Of a DNA stretch of 45,414 nucleotides, positions 1-8,675 are shown one piece after another. Below the pieces are notes generated by a model that ran no database searches, was not told the DNA's origin, and saw only the letters and a program-made list of their open reading frames with translations. Position numbers and translations under genes: made by a program. The DNA lies in assembly GCA_046711205.1 (NCBI GenBank), contig JBKEHX010000001.1:1-45414 (forward strand), in the 5' to 3' direction. The DNA is from Flavobacteriaceae bacterium (GTDB taxonomy: Bacteria; Bacteroidota; Bacteroidia; Flavobacteriales; Flavobacteriaceae). Position 1 is the stretch's first letter, and each line of letters opens with the position of its first letter.

Positions 1-329
1 TGGTCAACTTTCATTTTTAGGCAAGATTTAGCAATGGAAAGGTTAATATCAAAATCTATTTTCCTGTAAGCATCTTTATCGCCGTTTACCTTGGCTTGAG
101 TTGTACCAATTGTTGAAAAAACCACCGCACTATTAGCAATAGTTTTTTCAAGTTCTTTTTGATCTAAAAAGGTTATATGAAAAAAAACTATTTTTTTATT
201 TTTATACGGAATGGCCCTTCTTGAAACCACATTTATTTGCGTAATAGAAGTGACTTCTATAAGCTGTTTTATCAAAAAACCTCCGATTAATCCTGAAGCA
301 CCAAAAAGAGTAACTTGTTTGTCTTTCAC
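1..329 (-). CDS. NAD(P)-binding Rossmann-fold protein (epimerase/reductase-like), N-terminal part only; the gene runs off the window edge
   Basis: I translated the reverse strand by hand. The frame is open from GTG (329-327) to base 1 with no stop: VKDKQVTLFGASGLIGGFLIKQLIEVTS...IGTTQAKVNGDKDAYRKIDFDINL. It has a GxxGxxG dinucleotide-binding motif (GASGLIG). It is not in the ORF track. Confidence 0.55.
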   Translation of the reverse strand, partial: MKDKQVTLFGASGLIGGFLIKQLIEVTSITQINVVSRRAIPYKNKKIVFFHITFLDQKELEKTIANSAVVFSTIGTTQAKVNGDKDAYRKIDFDINLSIAKSCLKMKVD

Positions 330-413
330 AATAAAAGAATTAACGGTAGTTGTAGTTTTTTATATTTTGTTTTAAATAAAAGAAGCTAATCCTTAAAGAA
401 ACAATATTTTGTT

Positions 414-611
414 CTATTCATATTGATAAACATCGCCATTTTTAAGAATATATTTCTTTTCATCTAATAAATAGATTGTTCCCTCTTTTTTGTCTAAAAT
501 CTGTTTTCCGGCAATGTGTAAATACCTGTTTATTGAAAGGCCAAAATAAAGGGAAACGCTAATAAATATACAACCGATGATAATTGCATATGGAATTGGT
601 ACATTTTTCAT
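414..611 (-). CDS. hypothetical small membrane-anchored protein (65 aa)
   Basis: ORF track. It has one N-terminal hydrophobic helix (IPYAIIIGCIFISVSLYFGL) and no recognisable family. Confidence 0.4.
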   Translation of the reverse strand: MKNVPIPYAIIIGCIFISVSLYFGLSINRYLHIAGKQILDKKEGTIYLLDEKKYILKNGDVYQYE

Positions 612-655
612 ATTTTTTTATTTAAATATAACTAAAATGAATAGATCCAGTCTAT

Positions 656-677
656 AGGCTTGGAAAACTTCCTTTAT
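656..677 (+). repeat. copy 1 of a ~22-nt direct repeat with palindromic core GGAAAACTTCC, upstream of the thioesterase gene
   Basis: AGGCTTGGAAAACTTCCTTTAT here versus AGGCTGGAAACTTCCATTTAT at 1128-1148. The copies are identical apart from three 1-nt indels. Confidence 0.5.
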
Positions 678-746
678 AGAGCTTCTTTTTACCCTACCAG
701 ACTTCTGACTGATTTCCATTTATTATATTTGAGTAAATCAAAGTCA

Positions 747-1121
747 ATGAAAAAAAATAAAATGGAAATGTCTTTTTTGGCAGAACCTAATGATGCTAAC
801 TATAGTGGGAATGTTCACGGAGGAAAAGTAATGAAATGGATTGATGAAATTGGGTATGCTTTGTCCGTTCAATTCACAAAAAGATATTGTGTTACTAAAT
901 TTGTTGATGATATAGAGTTTTTAAAACCAATAAATATAGGAGATTTAGTTAAGTTAAAAGCTGAAATAATTAAAATTGGAAATAGCTCCTTGAGAATTAA
1001 AATTGATGTGTCTAGTATAAATTTGATTAAAAATATATCAAAAAAAAACTGTGAATGTTTTATTGTATTTGTTGCTTTAGATGATGATGGGAATAAAATC
1101 TTTATTGACAAATCATTATAG
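747..1121 (+). CDS. acyl-CoA thioesterase, hotdog fold (YciA/cytosolic acyl-CoA thioester hydrolase-like)
   Basis: MEMSFLAEPNDANYSGNVHGGKVMKWIDEIGY is the typical hotdog thioesterase N-terminus (P.D.N..G.VHGG). I prefer the ATG at 747 to the TTG at 660 in the ORF track, because the 29-aa extension has no family-like sequence. Confidence 0.75.
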   Translation: MKKNKMEMSFLAEPNDANYSGNVHGGKVMKWIDEIGYALSVQFTKRYCVTKFVDDIEFLKPINIGDLVKLKAEIIKIGNSSLRIKIDVSSINLIKNISKKNCECFIVFVALDDDGNKIFIDKSL

Positions 1122-1127
1122 CCCTAA

Positions 1128-1148
1128 AGGCTGGAAACTTCCATTTAT
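1128..1148 (+). repeat. copy 2 of the direct repeat, 7 nt after the thioesterase stop codon
   Basis: See the feature at 656-677. Confidence 0.5.
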
Positions 1149-1291
1149 TATTTAATACCTCAGCAGTTTTTCTTTTAACAAAATCTTATGACTGCCTAAG
1201 GCAGGGTTTTATGGTTGGCTAATTTCATGAGGGTATAACAGAGCTTTTGTTTCATTTTAGGCTTATTTTAACCATGAATCAATTTGAATAA

Positions 1292-1323
1292 CGTCACTAA
1301 TTAACTTTAGTGGCGTTTTCTTT
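1292..1323 (+). terminator. intrinsic terminator-like hairpin (9-bp stem, 6-nt loop) followed by TTTTCTTT
   Basis: CGTCACTAA ttaact TTAGTGGCG (one G-U pair), then TTTTCTTT. It lies about 170 nt downstream of the thioesterase gene. A weaker hairpin, CTGCC taa GGCAG, sits at 1192-1204. Confidence 0.45.
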
Positions 1324-2138
1324 AAAGCCCTATAAATATCCCTTCTTTAAGTCCCTACGGGCTTATAGAGAGAATGATTTTTGACATATAGATTTTAGAT
1401 ATATTTAGCATCTTGACACGAACAAAATGAAAAATCTACTTCTTATTTTGCTTTTAGTTACATTAATTTTTTTGGGCTAAAACAATAATAGAAAATCAGA
1501 TTTATAAAAGCAAGTATGGAGAAGAATAAAGTTCTATCAGAAATGCTAAAATCTAAAAGATTAAGTGATTATAAAAATCGATTTTAAAAACTTAAAATTC
1601 AATCCTCTAAAACAAAATACAGATTAAATAAAATCAGACCAAATCTCAAATATTAAGAAGCTTTCATAAGAACCCGAAATAAGGTTTAACAACAATAAAT
1701 TTCAATTTAAGATTATTAGTAAATGATATTCAGATGATGAATTGATTTCATTTTTAATTGATAACGGGCAAGAAAATTATTCAAATAAAAGCAACTTAAC
1801 TAAATACGATAAAAAGGCTAATGATTTCTATAACCCGAAAAAGAAGTATTACTTTAAAAATGATAATTATTTAATACTTTAAAAATCAATTTCAACTTCA
1901 AGAGTTATTTATAGAATTTATAGACAGCAGTAATTCATCGTATTTTCTGATTCAAGCTAAAAAAAAATGTGACATATTTTAAAAAACAAATTTCATGAAA
2001 TAAACTAATTTAAGAATAACCGGAAAGTATCCAATAATTAGCTTTAGTACTTTTTTCTTTTAAAATAAAGGCATGTAATCTTCTTTAAGATATAGGATTT
2101 GTTATTTTTGAGTGCTATTAACCTTAAATCTATTTAAA

Positions 2139-2444
2139 ATGAATTTAATCGTTCTATATCCTCAACCCAAAAACCCCGAAAAATTTGAATCTGATTATTC
2201 GGAACACATTAAATTACTTCACGACAAAATGAATATTCCTTTAGATGTAAAGCCTTATAGTGTAACTAAATTTATAAGCACCCCTGAAGGCAACCCCCCT
2301 TTTTATCAAATGTTTTCTATGCCTTTCTCATCTATGGAAGAATTAAGCGCTACTATGGCAACAAATGAAATGCAGGAAGTAGCAGCAGATGCCCATAGAA
2401 TTTCATCTGGAGGCATCCCATCTATCATGATTGGGAAAGAATAG
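2139..2444 (+). CDS. EthD-family protein (small alpha/beta barrel, about 101 aa)
   Basis: MNLIVLYPQPKNPEKFESDYSEHIKLL...YQMFSMPFSSMEELSATMATNEMQEVAADAHRIS matches the EthD-domain pattern (vlY..P.d...Fd.YY...H). The ATG at 2139 is preferred over the upstream GTG. Confidence 0.65.
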   Translation: MNLIVLYPQPKNPEKFESDYSEHIKLLHDKMNIPLDVKPYSVTKFISTPEGNPPFYQMFSMPFSSMEELSATMATNEMQEVAADAHRISSGGIPSIMIGKE

Positions 2445-2553
2445 TTTTTATAAAATCAACAAACTATCTTAAGGAAGTACAGTCATTAAATTAATACTCT
2501 AAAAGCCCGAATTAATAAATGTCACTTTAAGCTATTCGGGTAAAATAAATATT

Positions 2554-2776
2554 ATGAGAATAGCCAACACCCCAACGCCTCCCTATATATGTGCAATTTT
2601 TACATCTATCAGGACTAACATTGAAGAAGGTTATAACGAAATGGACAAACTTACTTTTAAAGAAATAGAAAGTATTGAAGGGTATTTGGGGTGTTAATGT
2701 TTCCTATTGGAAAGAAAAGTGGTATAAAAACTATAAATTAAGAATTTGCACTGTCGAGAGAGATTATGAAAAATGA
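2554..2776 (+). pseudogene. decayed antibiotic-biosynthesis-monooxygenase (ABM)-domain gene with a frameshift plus internal deletions
   Basis: Frame 1 reads MRIANTPTPPYICAIFTSIRTNIEEGYNEMDKLTFKEIESIEGYLGC and stops at 2695-2697. The +1 frame continues GIWGVNVSYWKEKWYKNYKLRICTVERDYEK to the stop at 2774-2776. Both halves resemble the N- and C-terminal blocks of ~105-aa ABM proteins, but about 30 residues are missing. Confidence 0.6.
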
Positions 2777-2868
2777 CTAAACCAAAGGATATCACCCTAA
2801 ATAAATTTTAAGGGCGTTTTCTTAAATTAGTTTTAATCTTATAATAACATTATTTTACCTTTAGCTAA

Positions 2869-3087
2869 ATGGAGTATTACGAAAAGAGAAAAAAAGAAAT
2901 TGTTGAAGCAATATTATCTTCGATAAGCACTATCAGGGATAACGAATACAATGCTATTGAAAATGCTTACGATAAATATGAGCAAGAAGGAGCAAAACTA
3001 GTTACCAACATAGGGCAAAACACTTTTAACGAAGTGATTATTGATGCACTTGATGAAGTGAAAATGGTAATAGAAAAGAGTTTATAA
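2869..3087 (+). CDS. hypothetical helical protein (72 aa)
   Basis: ORF track. It is charged and helical in character, with no family recognised. Confidence 0.4.
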   Translation: MEYYEKRKKEIVEAILSSISTIRDNEYNAIENAYDKYEQEGAKLVTNIGQNTFNEVIIDALDEVKMVIEKSL

Positions 3088-3095
3088 ATTTATTT

Positions 3096-3329
3096 ATGGA
3101 TAATAGAAATAATTACACGGGGTTAATGATCAGCATAAGGAAGATAGTTAGAGCTGTTAATCTGGAATCAAAAATCATTGAAAAAGATTTTGGACTTAGC
3201 ATACCACAATTATTTACTCTCAAATTTTTAAAGAATGATGTGGAATTTAAAAGCACCATGAAGCTTTTGAAAGAACACCTTTCTCTGAATGCAAGTACTG
3301 AAGCAATTAATTATGTATTAAGAAGATAA
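3096..3329 (+). CDS. MarR-like winged-helix fragment (77 aa, about half the normal length); possibly a truncated gene
   Basis: LMISIRKIVRAVNLESKIIEKDFGLSIPQLFTLKFLKN...LSLNASTEAINYVL resembles the N-terminal half of MarR-family regulators through the recognition helix. The wing and C-terminal dimerisation helix are absent. Confidence 0.35.
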   Translation: MDNRNNYTGLMISIRKIVRAVNLESKIIEKDFGLSIPQLFTLKFLKNDVEFKSTMKLLKEHLSLNASTEAINYVLRR

Positions 3330-3386
3330 AATCAAGCCATATTAAAGGCTTATCATCATAGATAATCCACTCTTATCCAATAAAGA

Positions 3387-4124
3387 TTACTTTCTTGAGT
3401 TTAGTTTTGCTAGTAATCTCAATATTTCAAGATACAGCCATATAAGGGTAACTAATAAACCGAAAGCCCCATACCATTCCATATATTTTGGAGCACCCTT
3501 TTCAGCACCCTCCTCTATAAAATCAAAATCTAAAACTAAATTTAGAGCAGCTATTATTACAACGACAACGCTAAATCCAATACTTAATGCAGAAGCATTA
3601 TTTATGCTCATAACACCAATACCTGAGCCAAAAAAGCCCATTATAAAGTTCACCATGTATACAATAGCAATACCTCCTGTTGCAGCAAATATTCCAAGTT
3701 TAAAATTTTCAGTAGCTTTTATATAGCCAGACCGATAAACTATTAATAATGAAACTAATATCCCAACCGTTAAAAGGATAGCGTTTGTTACAATGCCTTC
3801 ATATAAAGAATTGTACATATAAGATATACCTCCCAACATAGCACCCTCTAATGCTGCATATATAGGGACAGTAATTGGAGCCCATTCTTTTTTAAAAATT
3901 GTAACAATTGCAAAAATAAAACCACCTATTCCACATCCAATTATTAAGACTGGATTTATAGTATTAAAAGTTAAATAACCTGTACCTACAAGAAGCAAAA
4001 GGCTTATTGCAGTTTTATTCACAGTCCCCTCAATAGTCATTTGATTATCGCCAGAAATTGTGTTATTAAAAGTTTTTTTTGAAAGAACAGGATTTCCTGA
4101 CCTTAAGGATAGATGTTTATTCAT
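3387..4124 (-). CDS. Bax inhibitor-1/YccA-like multi-pass membrane protein
   Basis: It has about 7 hydrophobic segments, an N-terminus MNKHLSLRSGNPVLSKKTF and a C-terminal charged tail, typical of the bacterial BaxI_1 family. The start is trimmed to the ATG at 4124. Confidence 0.55.
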   Translation of the reverse strand: MNKHLSLRSGNPVLSKKTFNNTISGDNQMTIEGTVNKTAISLLLLVGTGYLTFNTINPVLIIGCGIGGFIFAIVTIFKKEWAPITVPIYAALEGAMLGGISYMYNSLYEGIVTNAILLTVGILVSLLIVYRSGYIKATENFKLGIFAATGGIAIVYMVNFIMGFFGSGIGVMSINNASALSIGFSVVVVIIAALNLVLDFDFIEEGAEKGAPKYMEWYGAFGLLVTLIWLYLEILRLLAKLNSRK

Positions 4125-4236
4125 AACAAGTTTTAAAAGCAAAATTTGAAGCACAAATATATTCAGTTCAAATGATTTAAATGCAAATTAGCGTATTAAG
4201 ATGCTTCAAATAGTGTTACAATACACTTTGTTAAGA

Positions 4237-4485
4237 ATGAAACAACTAAACGAAAACTGGTTTTCTATTACATTAACAGCGGTAGTGTTTGGTATATTAG
4301 GATTTCTTCTTGGTAAACAACAAAATATTAATCCAAATATTCCACAAGCAATTCACATGAAAAAAATGAATAGCAACAAAAAAATGATTTGGGTTGGAGA
4401 AGAAGGAAATATTCAGATTGATTTTGATACAATTAATGAAAATGGAGAGAAAAAGGTTAAAGTAATGGTAATTAAAAAGGATTAA
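4237..4485 (+). CDS. hypothetical single-pass membrane protein
   Basis: MKQLNENWFSITLTAVVFGILGFLLGKQ has one TM helix. No family recognised. Confidence 0.35.
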   Translation: MKQLNENWFSITLTAVVFGILGFLLGKQQNINPNIPQAIHMKKMNSNKKMIWVGEEGNIQIDFDTINENGEKKVKVMVIKKD

Positions 4486-4488
4486 AAA

Positions 4489-4620
4489 CCACAGGCATAT
4501 AATCTTCAGTAAGTTCTAGATCTTGTTTTTTATGTTTGAGTATTATTAATCATAAATCAATTTAAAATAAAATAAATATTTTTTACTTTTTAAATTCGTT
4601 GTAACAGCTCAAAAAAATAT
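4489..4620. repeat. 12/13-nt inverted repeat pair bracketing a 107-nt AT-rich spacer
   Basis: CCACAGGCATAT (4489-4500) pairs with ATATGCCTGTTGG (4608-4620), which is complementary apart from one extra T. Confidence 0.4.
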
Positions 4621-4783
4621 GCCTGTTGGAATGCATTACTTTAAAGTTGAATCCTCAAATGCAAATTAATTAAATGAAATTACTCCATAGTTTTATTGGA
4701 AAACTATTAATAATGAAAAGACTAAGTGCTTTAGCACAAGACCAAATACCATAATCAGTAAAGAGGATATCAATGTTTAATTG

Positions 4784-6124
4784 TTAGTCTTCCATAGAAA
4801 AGCTTTCCATAAACTTAGTCGTGTATTCTCCCTTTAGATAGGCAGGATCATTCATCAGTTTTAAGTGAAAAGGAATCGTTGTTTTAATACCTTCAACAAT
4901 AAATTCTTGAAGCGCTCTTTTCATTTTATTAATTGCCTCTTCACGCGTTTGAGCAGTTGTAATAAGCTTAGCAATCATGGAGTCATAATATGGTGGGATC
5001 ATATATCCACTATAAACATGCGTGTCAATTCGAACACCATGACCACCAGGAAGGTGAAGGTTTGTAATCATACCTGGGCTGGGTCTAAAGCCATTTAATG
5101 GATCTTCGGCATTAATACGGCATTCAATAGAATGTAACTTCGGAAAGTAGTGTTTCCCTGAAATTTTCGCTCCCGAAGCTACTTTAATTTGCTCACGTAT
5201 TAAGTCAAAATCTATTACTTGTTCTGTAATAGGATGCTCTACTTGAATACGCGTATTCATTTCCATAAAATAAAATTTTCGATGTTTATCCACCAAAAAT
5301 TCAATGGTTCCCGCTCCTTCATATTTAATATATTCTGCAGCTTTTACGGCAGCTTCTCCCATTTTATTTCTAAGAGCATCAGTCATAAAAGGAGAAGGTG
5401 TCTCTTCCGTTAATTTTTGATGTCGTCTTTGAATGGAACAATCACGCTCTGAAAGGTGGCAAGCTTTTCCGGAAGAATCGCCTATAATTTGAATTTCAAT
5501 GTGACGAGGTTCTTCAATAAGCTTTTCCATATACATGCCATCGTTTCCAAAGGCAGCTTTTGCTTCTTGACGGGCACTTTCCCATGCTTTTTCAAGCTCA
5601 TCAGCTTTCCAAACCGCACGCATTCCTTTTCCTCCCCCTCCAGCAGTCGCTTTTAACATAACGGGGTAGCCAAATTCTTTGGCAATAGAAGCGGCTTCAT
5701 TTAGCGATGCTAAAAGCCCTTCTGATCCAGGAATAGTAGGGACACCGGCGGATTTCATGGTTGCTTTAGCAGAGGCTTTATCACCCATTTTATCAATCAT
5801 TGACGCTGAAGCTCCAATAAACTTAATTTTGTGTTCTTCGCAAATTTTAGAAAACTTCGCGTTTTCAGATAGAAAACCATATCCCGGATGAATTGCATCT
5901 GCATTGGTTATTTCTGCAGCGGCAATAATATTAGGAATCTTTAAATAAGACTCACTGCTAGCTGAAGGTCCTATACAAACAGCTTCATCAGCAAAACGAA
6001 CATGTAAACTATCGGCATCTGCTTTAGAATATACCGCAACAGTTTTTATGCCCATTTCCTTACACGTACGAATAATACGCATTGCTATCTCACCACGATT
6101 GGCAATTAATATTTTATTAAACAT
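4784..6124 (-). CDS. accC: acetyl-CoA carboxylase, biotin carboxylase subunit
   Basis: [26 protein letters not shown]...[12 protein letters not shown]...[14 protein letters not shown] are hallmark biotin carboxylase motifs. Confidence 0.97.
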   Translation of the reverse strand: MFNKILIANRGEIAMRIIRTCKEMGIKTVAVYSKADADSLHVRFADEAVCIGPSASSESYLKIPNIIAAAEITNADAIHPGYGFLSENAKFSKICEEHKIKFIGASASMIDKMGDKASAKATMKSAGVPTIPGSEGLLASLNEAASIAKEFGYPVMLKATAGGGGKGMRAVWKADELEKAWESARQEAKAAFGNDGMYMEKLIEEPRHIEIQIIGDSSGKACHLSERDCSIQRRHQKLTEETPSPFMTDALRNKMGEAAVKAAEYIKYEGAGTIEFLVDKHRKFYFMEMNTRIQVEHPITEQVIDFDLIREQIKVASGAKISGKHYFPKLHSIECRINAEDPLNGFRPSPGMITNLHLPGGHGVRIDTHVYSGYMIPPYYDSMIAKLITTAQTREEAINKMKRALQEFIVEGIKTTIPFHLKLMNDPAYLKGEYTTKFMESFSMED

Positions 6125-6135
6125 ACTTGTTTTCT

Positions 6136-6609
6136 TTAAGAAGGATTGATCACAAATAATGGTTGGTCAAATTCTACTGGAGAAGCATCGTCCACTAAAA
6201 TCTTAACAATCGTTCCACTTACTTCAGACTCAATTTCATTGAAAAGTTTCATAGCTTCAATAACACATAACACATCGCCATCGTTAATTGTTTTTCCAAC
6301 CTCAACAAAAGAAGGTTTGTCAGGAGAAGCTTTACGATAAAACGTTCCAATAATGGGGGATTTGATAGTAATAAAATGGTCTTCTTCTGAAGGTAATAAA
6401 GGCGCCGCAACTTCTCGAGCAAGAGCTTCAGGAGCTTCCTGGATTTGAGTAGGTGCTTGTAATTGCTGAACCATTCCTGAGGTTTCAATAATGGGTTTAT
6501 CTGAACCTGTTTTTATGGTGATTTTTATATCCTCCATTTCCAGTTTTACTTCCTGAGCACCAGATTTAGCAACGAATTTAATTAAATGTTGAATGTCTTT
6601 AATATCCAT
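6136..6609 (-). CDS. accB: acetyl-CoA carboxylase, biotin carboxyl carrier protein
   Basis: It has the biotinyl-lysine motif [13 protein letters not shown], a Pro/Ala-rich linker, and sits directly upstream of accC. Confidence 0.95.
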   Translation of the reverse strand: MDIKDIQHLIKFVAKSGAQEVKLEMEDIKITIKTGSDKPIIETSGMVQQLQAPTQIQEAPEALAREVAAPLLPSEEDHFITIKSPIIGTFYRKASPDKPSFVEVGKTINDGDVLCVIEAMKLFNEIESEVSGTIVKILVDDASPVEFDQPLFVINPS

Positions 6610-6629
6610 AGTTAGTTTTCAATTGATTT

Positions 6630-7634
6630 TTAATAAGCCCACGTAAGGTGCGCTGCACCCCAAGTAAATCCACCACCAAAAGCAGCGAAAATAAGCTTGT
6701 CTCCTATTTTAAATTTTGATTCGTAATCATGTAATAATAAGGGTAGGGTAGCCGCTGTTGTGTTTCCATATCGCTCAATATTCATTAAGACCTTTTCTTT
6801 GTTTAGAGCCAGCCGTTTTACGGTAGCATCTACTATTCTTTTGTTCGCTTGATGCGGAACAAGGTAGTCTATTGTATCACCTTTAAGGGCATTGCGTTTC
6901 ATGATTTCTTCTGCAGCATTTGCCATTTCAGTAACCGCATATTTAAACACGACTTTTCCGTCTTGATAAATGTTATGGAACCCTTGGGCTAGGGTGTCTT
7001 CTGTGGTAGGGTGTAATGAGCCTCCTGCTTTTATTCTTAAAGCCATGCGATCACTTCCGTTACTTCTAAAATATTCATCTTCCCAGCCATAGTCATTTGT
7101 GCTAGGTTCAAATAAAACAGCACCACCACCATCTCCAAAAATAATGCAGGTGGCACGGTCGGTATAATCAACTATAGAGGACATTTTATCGGCCCCAATA
7201 AGTAGTATTTTTTTGTAACGCCCAGAGCTAATATGAGACGCTGCAGTACTCATCCCATATAAAAAACCAGAGCAGGCGGCATTTAAATCGTAAGCAAATG
7301 CATTTACAGCACCAATGGTTGAAGCAACATAAGCGGCAGTGGCGGCAACATGCATATCGGGGGTAATGGTAGCAACAATAACTAAATCGATTGTAGCTAC
7401 ATCAAGATTTTTTTTGGCAATTAAATTGTTGGCAGCTTGAATGGCTAAATAAGAAGTAGCCTTTTGAGGATCCTTAAGAATACGTCGTTCTTTAATTCCT
7501 GTTCGGGAAGTAATCCAAGCATCGTTGGTATCTACCATTTTTTCTAAATCTTGGTTAGATAAAATTGTGTCTGGAACATATCCTCCAACTGCTGTAATAG
7601 CTGCTTTTTGCAACTTTTTATCCTCTTGATTCAT
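6630..7634 (-). CDS. fabH: 3-oxoacyl-ACP synthase III
   Basis: It has the active-site context NAACSGFLYG, plus HQAN and GNTTAATLP motifs. Confidence 0.93.
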   Translation of the reverse strand: MNQEDKKLQKAAITAVGGYVPDTILSNQDLEKMVDTNDAWITSRTGIKERRILKDPQKATSYLAIQAANNLIAKKNLDVATIDLVIVATITPDMHVAATAAYVASTIGAVNAFAYDLNAACSGFLYGMSTAASHISSGRYKKILLIGADKMSSIVDYTDRATCIIFGDGGGAVLFEPSTNDYGWEDEYFRSNGSDRMALRIKAGGSLHPTTEDTLAQGFHNIYQDGKVVFKYAVTEMANAAEEIMKRNALKGDTIDYLVPHQANKRIVDATVKRLALNKEKVLMNIERYGNTTAATLPLLLHDYESKFKIGDKLIFAAFGGGFTWGAAHLTWAY

Positions 7635-7710
7635 TATAAAATTTCAGCAGAAACATACATTAACACAAAGTGAAGATACTAGTTTTTTAATCCAATCAAA
7701 ACATTTCTAA

Positions 7711-7738
7711 TAAAAAAAGCCCTCCCATTGGGAGGGCT
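7711..7738 (-). terminator. intrinsic terminator between rpmF and fabH
   Basis: The minus strand reads AGCCCTCCC aat GGGAGGGCT followed by TTTTTTT. The stem is a perfect 9-bp GC-rich helix, 20 nt after the rpmF stop. Confidence 0.8.
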
Positions 7739-7757
7739 AAATATCATGTTTTTTGGC

Positions 7758-7955
7758 TTATGCTTCTGCAGTTTCTGCAGCATCAACAAGTACTTTTCCA
7801 CGATAGTATAGCTTTCCTTCGTGCCAGTGAGCACGGTGATATAAATGCGCTTCGCCTGTTGTAGTACAGGTTGCAATTTGTTGATCGGCCGCTTTATAGT
7901 GCGTACGTCTTTTGTCTCTTCTTGTTTTGGAAATTTTCCGTTTAGGATGTGCCAT
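7758..7955 (-). CDS. rpmF: 50S ribosomal protein L32
   Basis: [22 protein letters not shown] is the canonical L32 N-terminus. Confidence 0.95.
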   Translation of the reverse strand: MAHPKRKISKTRRDKRRTHYKAADQQIATCTTTGEAHLYHRAHWHEGKLYYRGKVLVDAAETAEA

Positions 7956-7979
7956 AATATTTGTTTTACTCCACCTTTT

Positions 7980-8501
7980 TTAAAGGAGGTCTTTTAATTT
8001 ATTCCAACGTGGGTCTTCTTCCCCATTTAAATTTTCTTCTCTAGGTTCTAGCTCTCTAAGTTTATCTACAATGTCGCTTTTCAGCGTCCCGTCTTCAATT
8101 CCAGGATGAACTCGCTTTTGTGGTACGGCCAATATGATCATTTCATAGATGTATTGGGCCACGTTAATTTGATAGGTTCCTTCACTTAAGATGATTATTT
8201 CATCTGAAATAGTTTCCGAAACAGCTCCAAACTTTACAAGTAAAGTATACTGGGCATCAACATTAAAATCAAACAACTCAGTAGAAACGTCGCACGGAAG
8301 AATAATTATTCCTTTAACATTAAAAATTAGCTCCAAAAAGGTGGGTTTTTTGTCTAAAACCAAGGTTGTTTCTAATGTAGCTTGATCAAAATCGATGTAC
8401 TCAAAATGCTTAAAGAACGTAGTGTCAATTGCAAAAGAAAAGTCATGTTTTCCGTCTTTCAGCCCCACAAATGGGATAGTAAACTCTTTCAACACTTCCA
8501 T
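7980..8501 (-). CDS. yceD: YceD/DUF177 family protein
   Basis: It is 173 aa and sits in the conserved position immediately upstream of rpmF. It has an acidic C-terminus with DPRW (EEDPRWNKLKDL). Confidence 0.8.
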   Translation of the reverse strand: MEVLKEFTIPFVGLKDGKHDFSFAIDTTFFKHFEYIDFDQATLETTLVLDKKPTFLELIFNVKGIIILPCDVSTELFDFNVDAQYTLLVKFGAVSETISDEIIILSEGTYQINVAQYIYEMIILAVPQKRVHPGIEDGTLKSDIVDKLRELEPREENLNGEEDPRWNKLKDLL

Positions 8502-8675
8502 TACTCAACAATTGAGCGGCAAATTTATAAAAAAATTTAACGTAACACATTAAAATTGTAGGGTTTATAATTTCTTCTCTTTAAATAGTGTCTTACTCCA
8601 GAATCCTTTGGCATCCCCCTTGTTTGTTTAGCTCTAGATTAAAAAAAATCTATATCTTGATTTCAAAAATAGCTT

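Noticed and set aside
1427-1930. Reading the 1.4-1.9 kb stretch as a single stop-riddled lipoprotein pseudogene (one frame reads through with 9 in-frame stops after a signal-peptide-like start)
   Set aside because: In sequence this AT-rich, that stop density is about what random DNA gives. Beyond the 17-codon signal-like start there is no recognisable family. It is kept only as a weak remark within the gene-decay finding.
4865-5891. Four plus-strand ORFs (4865-5098, 5219-5413, 5456-5656, 5679-5891) antisense to accC
   Set aside because: They lie entirely inside a very well-supported biotin carboxylase gene. The translations are low-complexity (Phe/Ser/Asn-rich) with no family resemblance. 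They are typical shadow ORFs.
6146-6488. ORFs 6146-6340 (+) and 6249-6488 (-) within accB
   Set aside because: These are alternative-frame or antisense ORFs inside the BCCP gene. The sequences are repetitive and Leu/Lys-rich with no motifs.
7679-7876. 65-aa minus-strand ORF overlapping rpmF in another frame and running through the rpmF terminator
   Set aside because: L32 in the other frame is unmistakable. This ORF spans the terminator hairpin and has no protein-like features.
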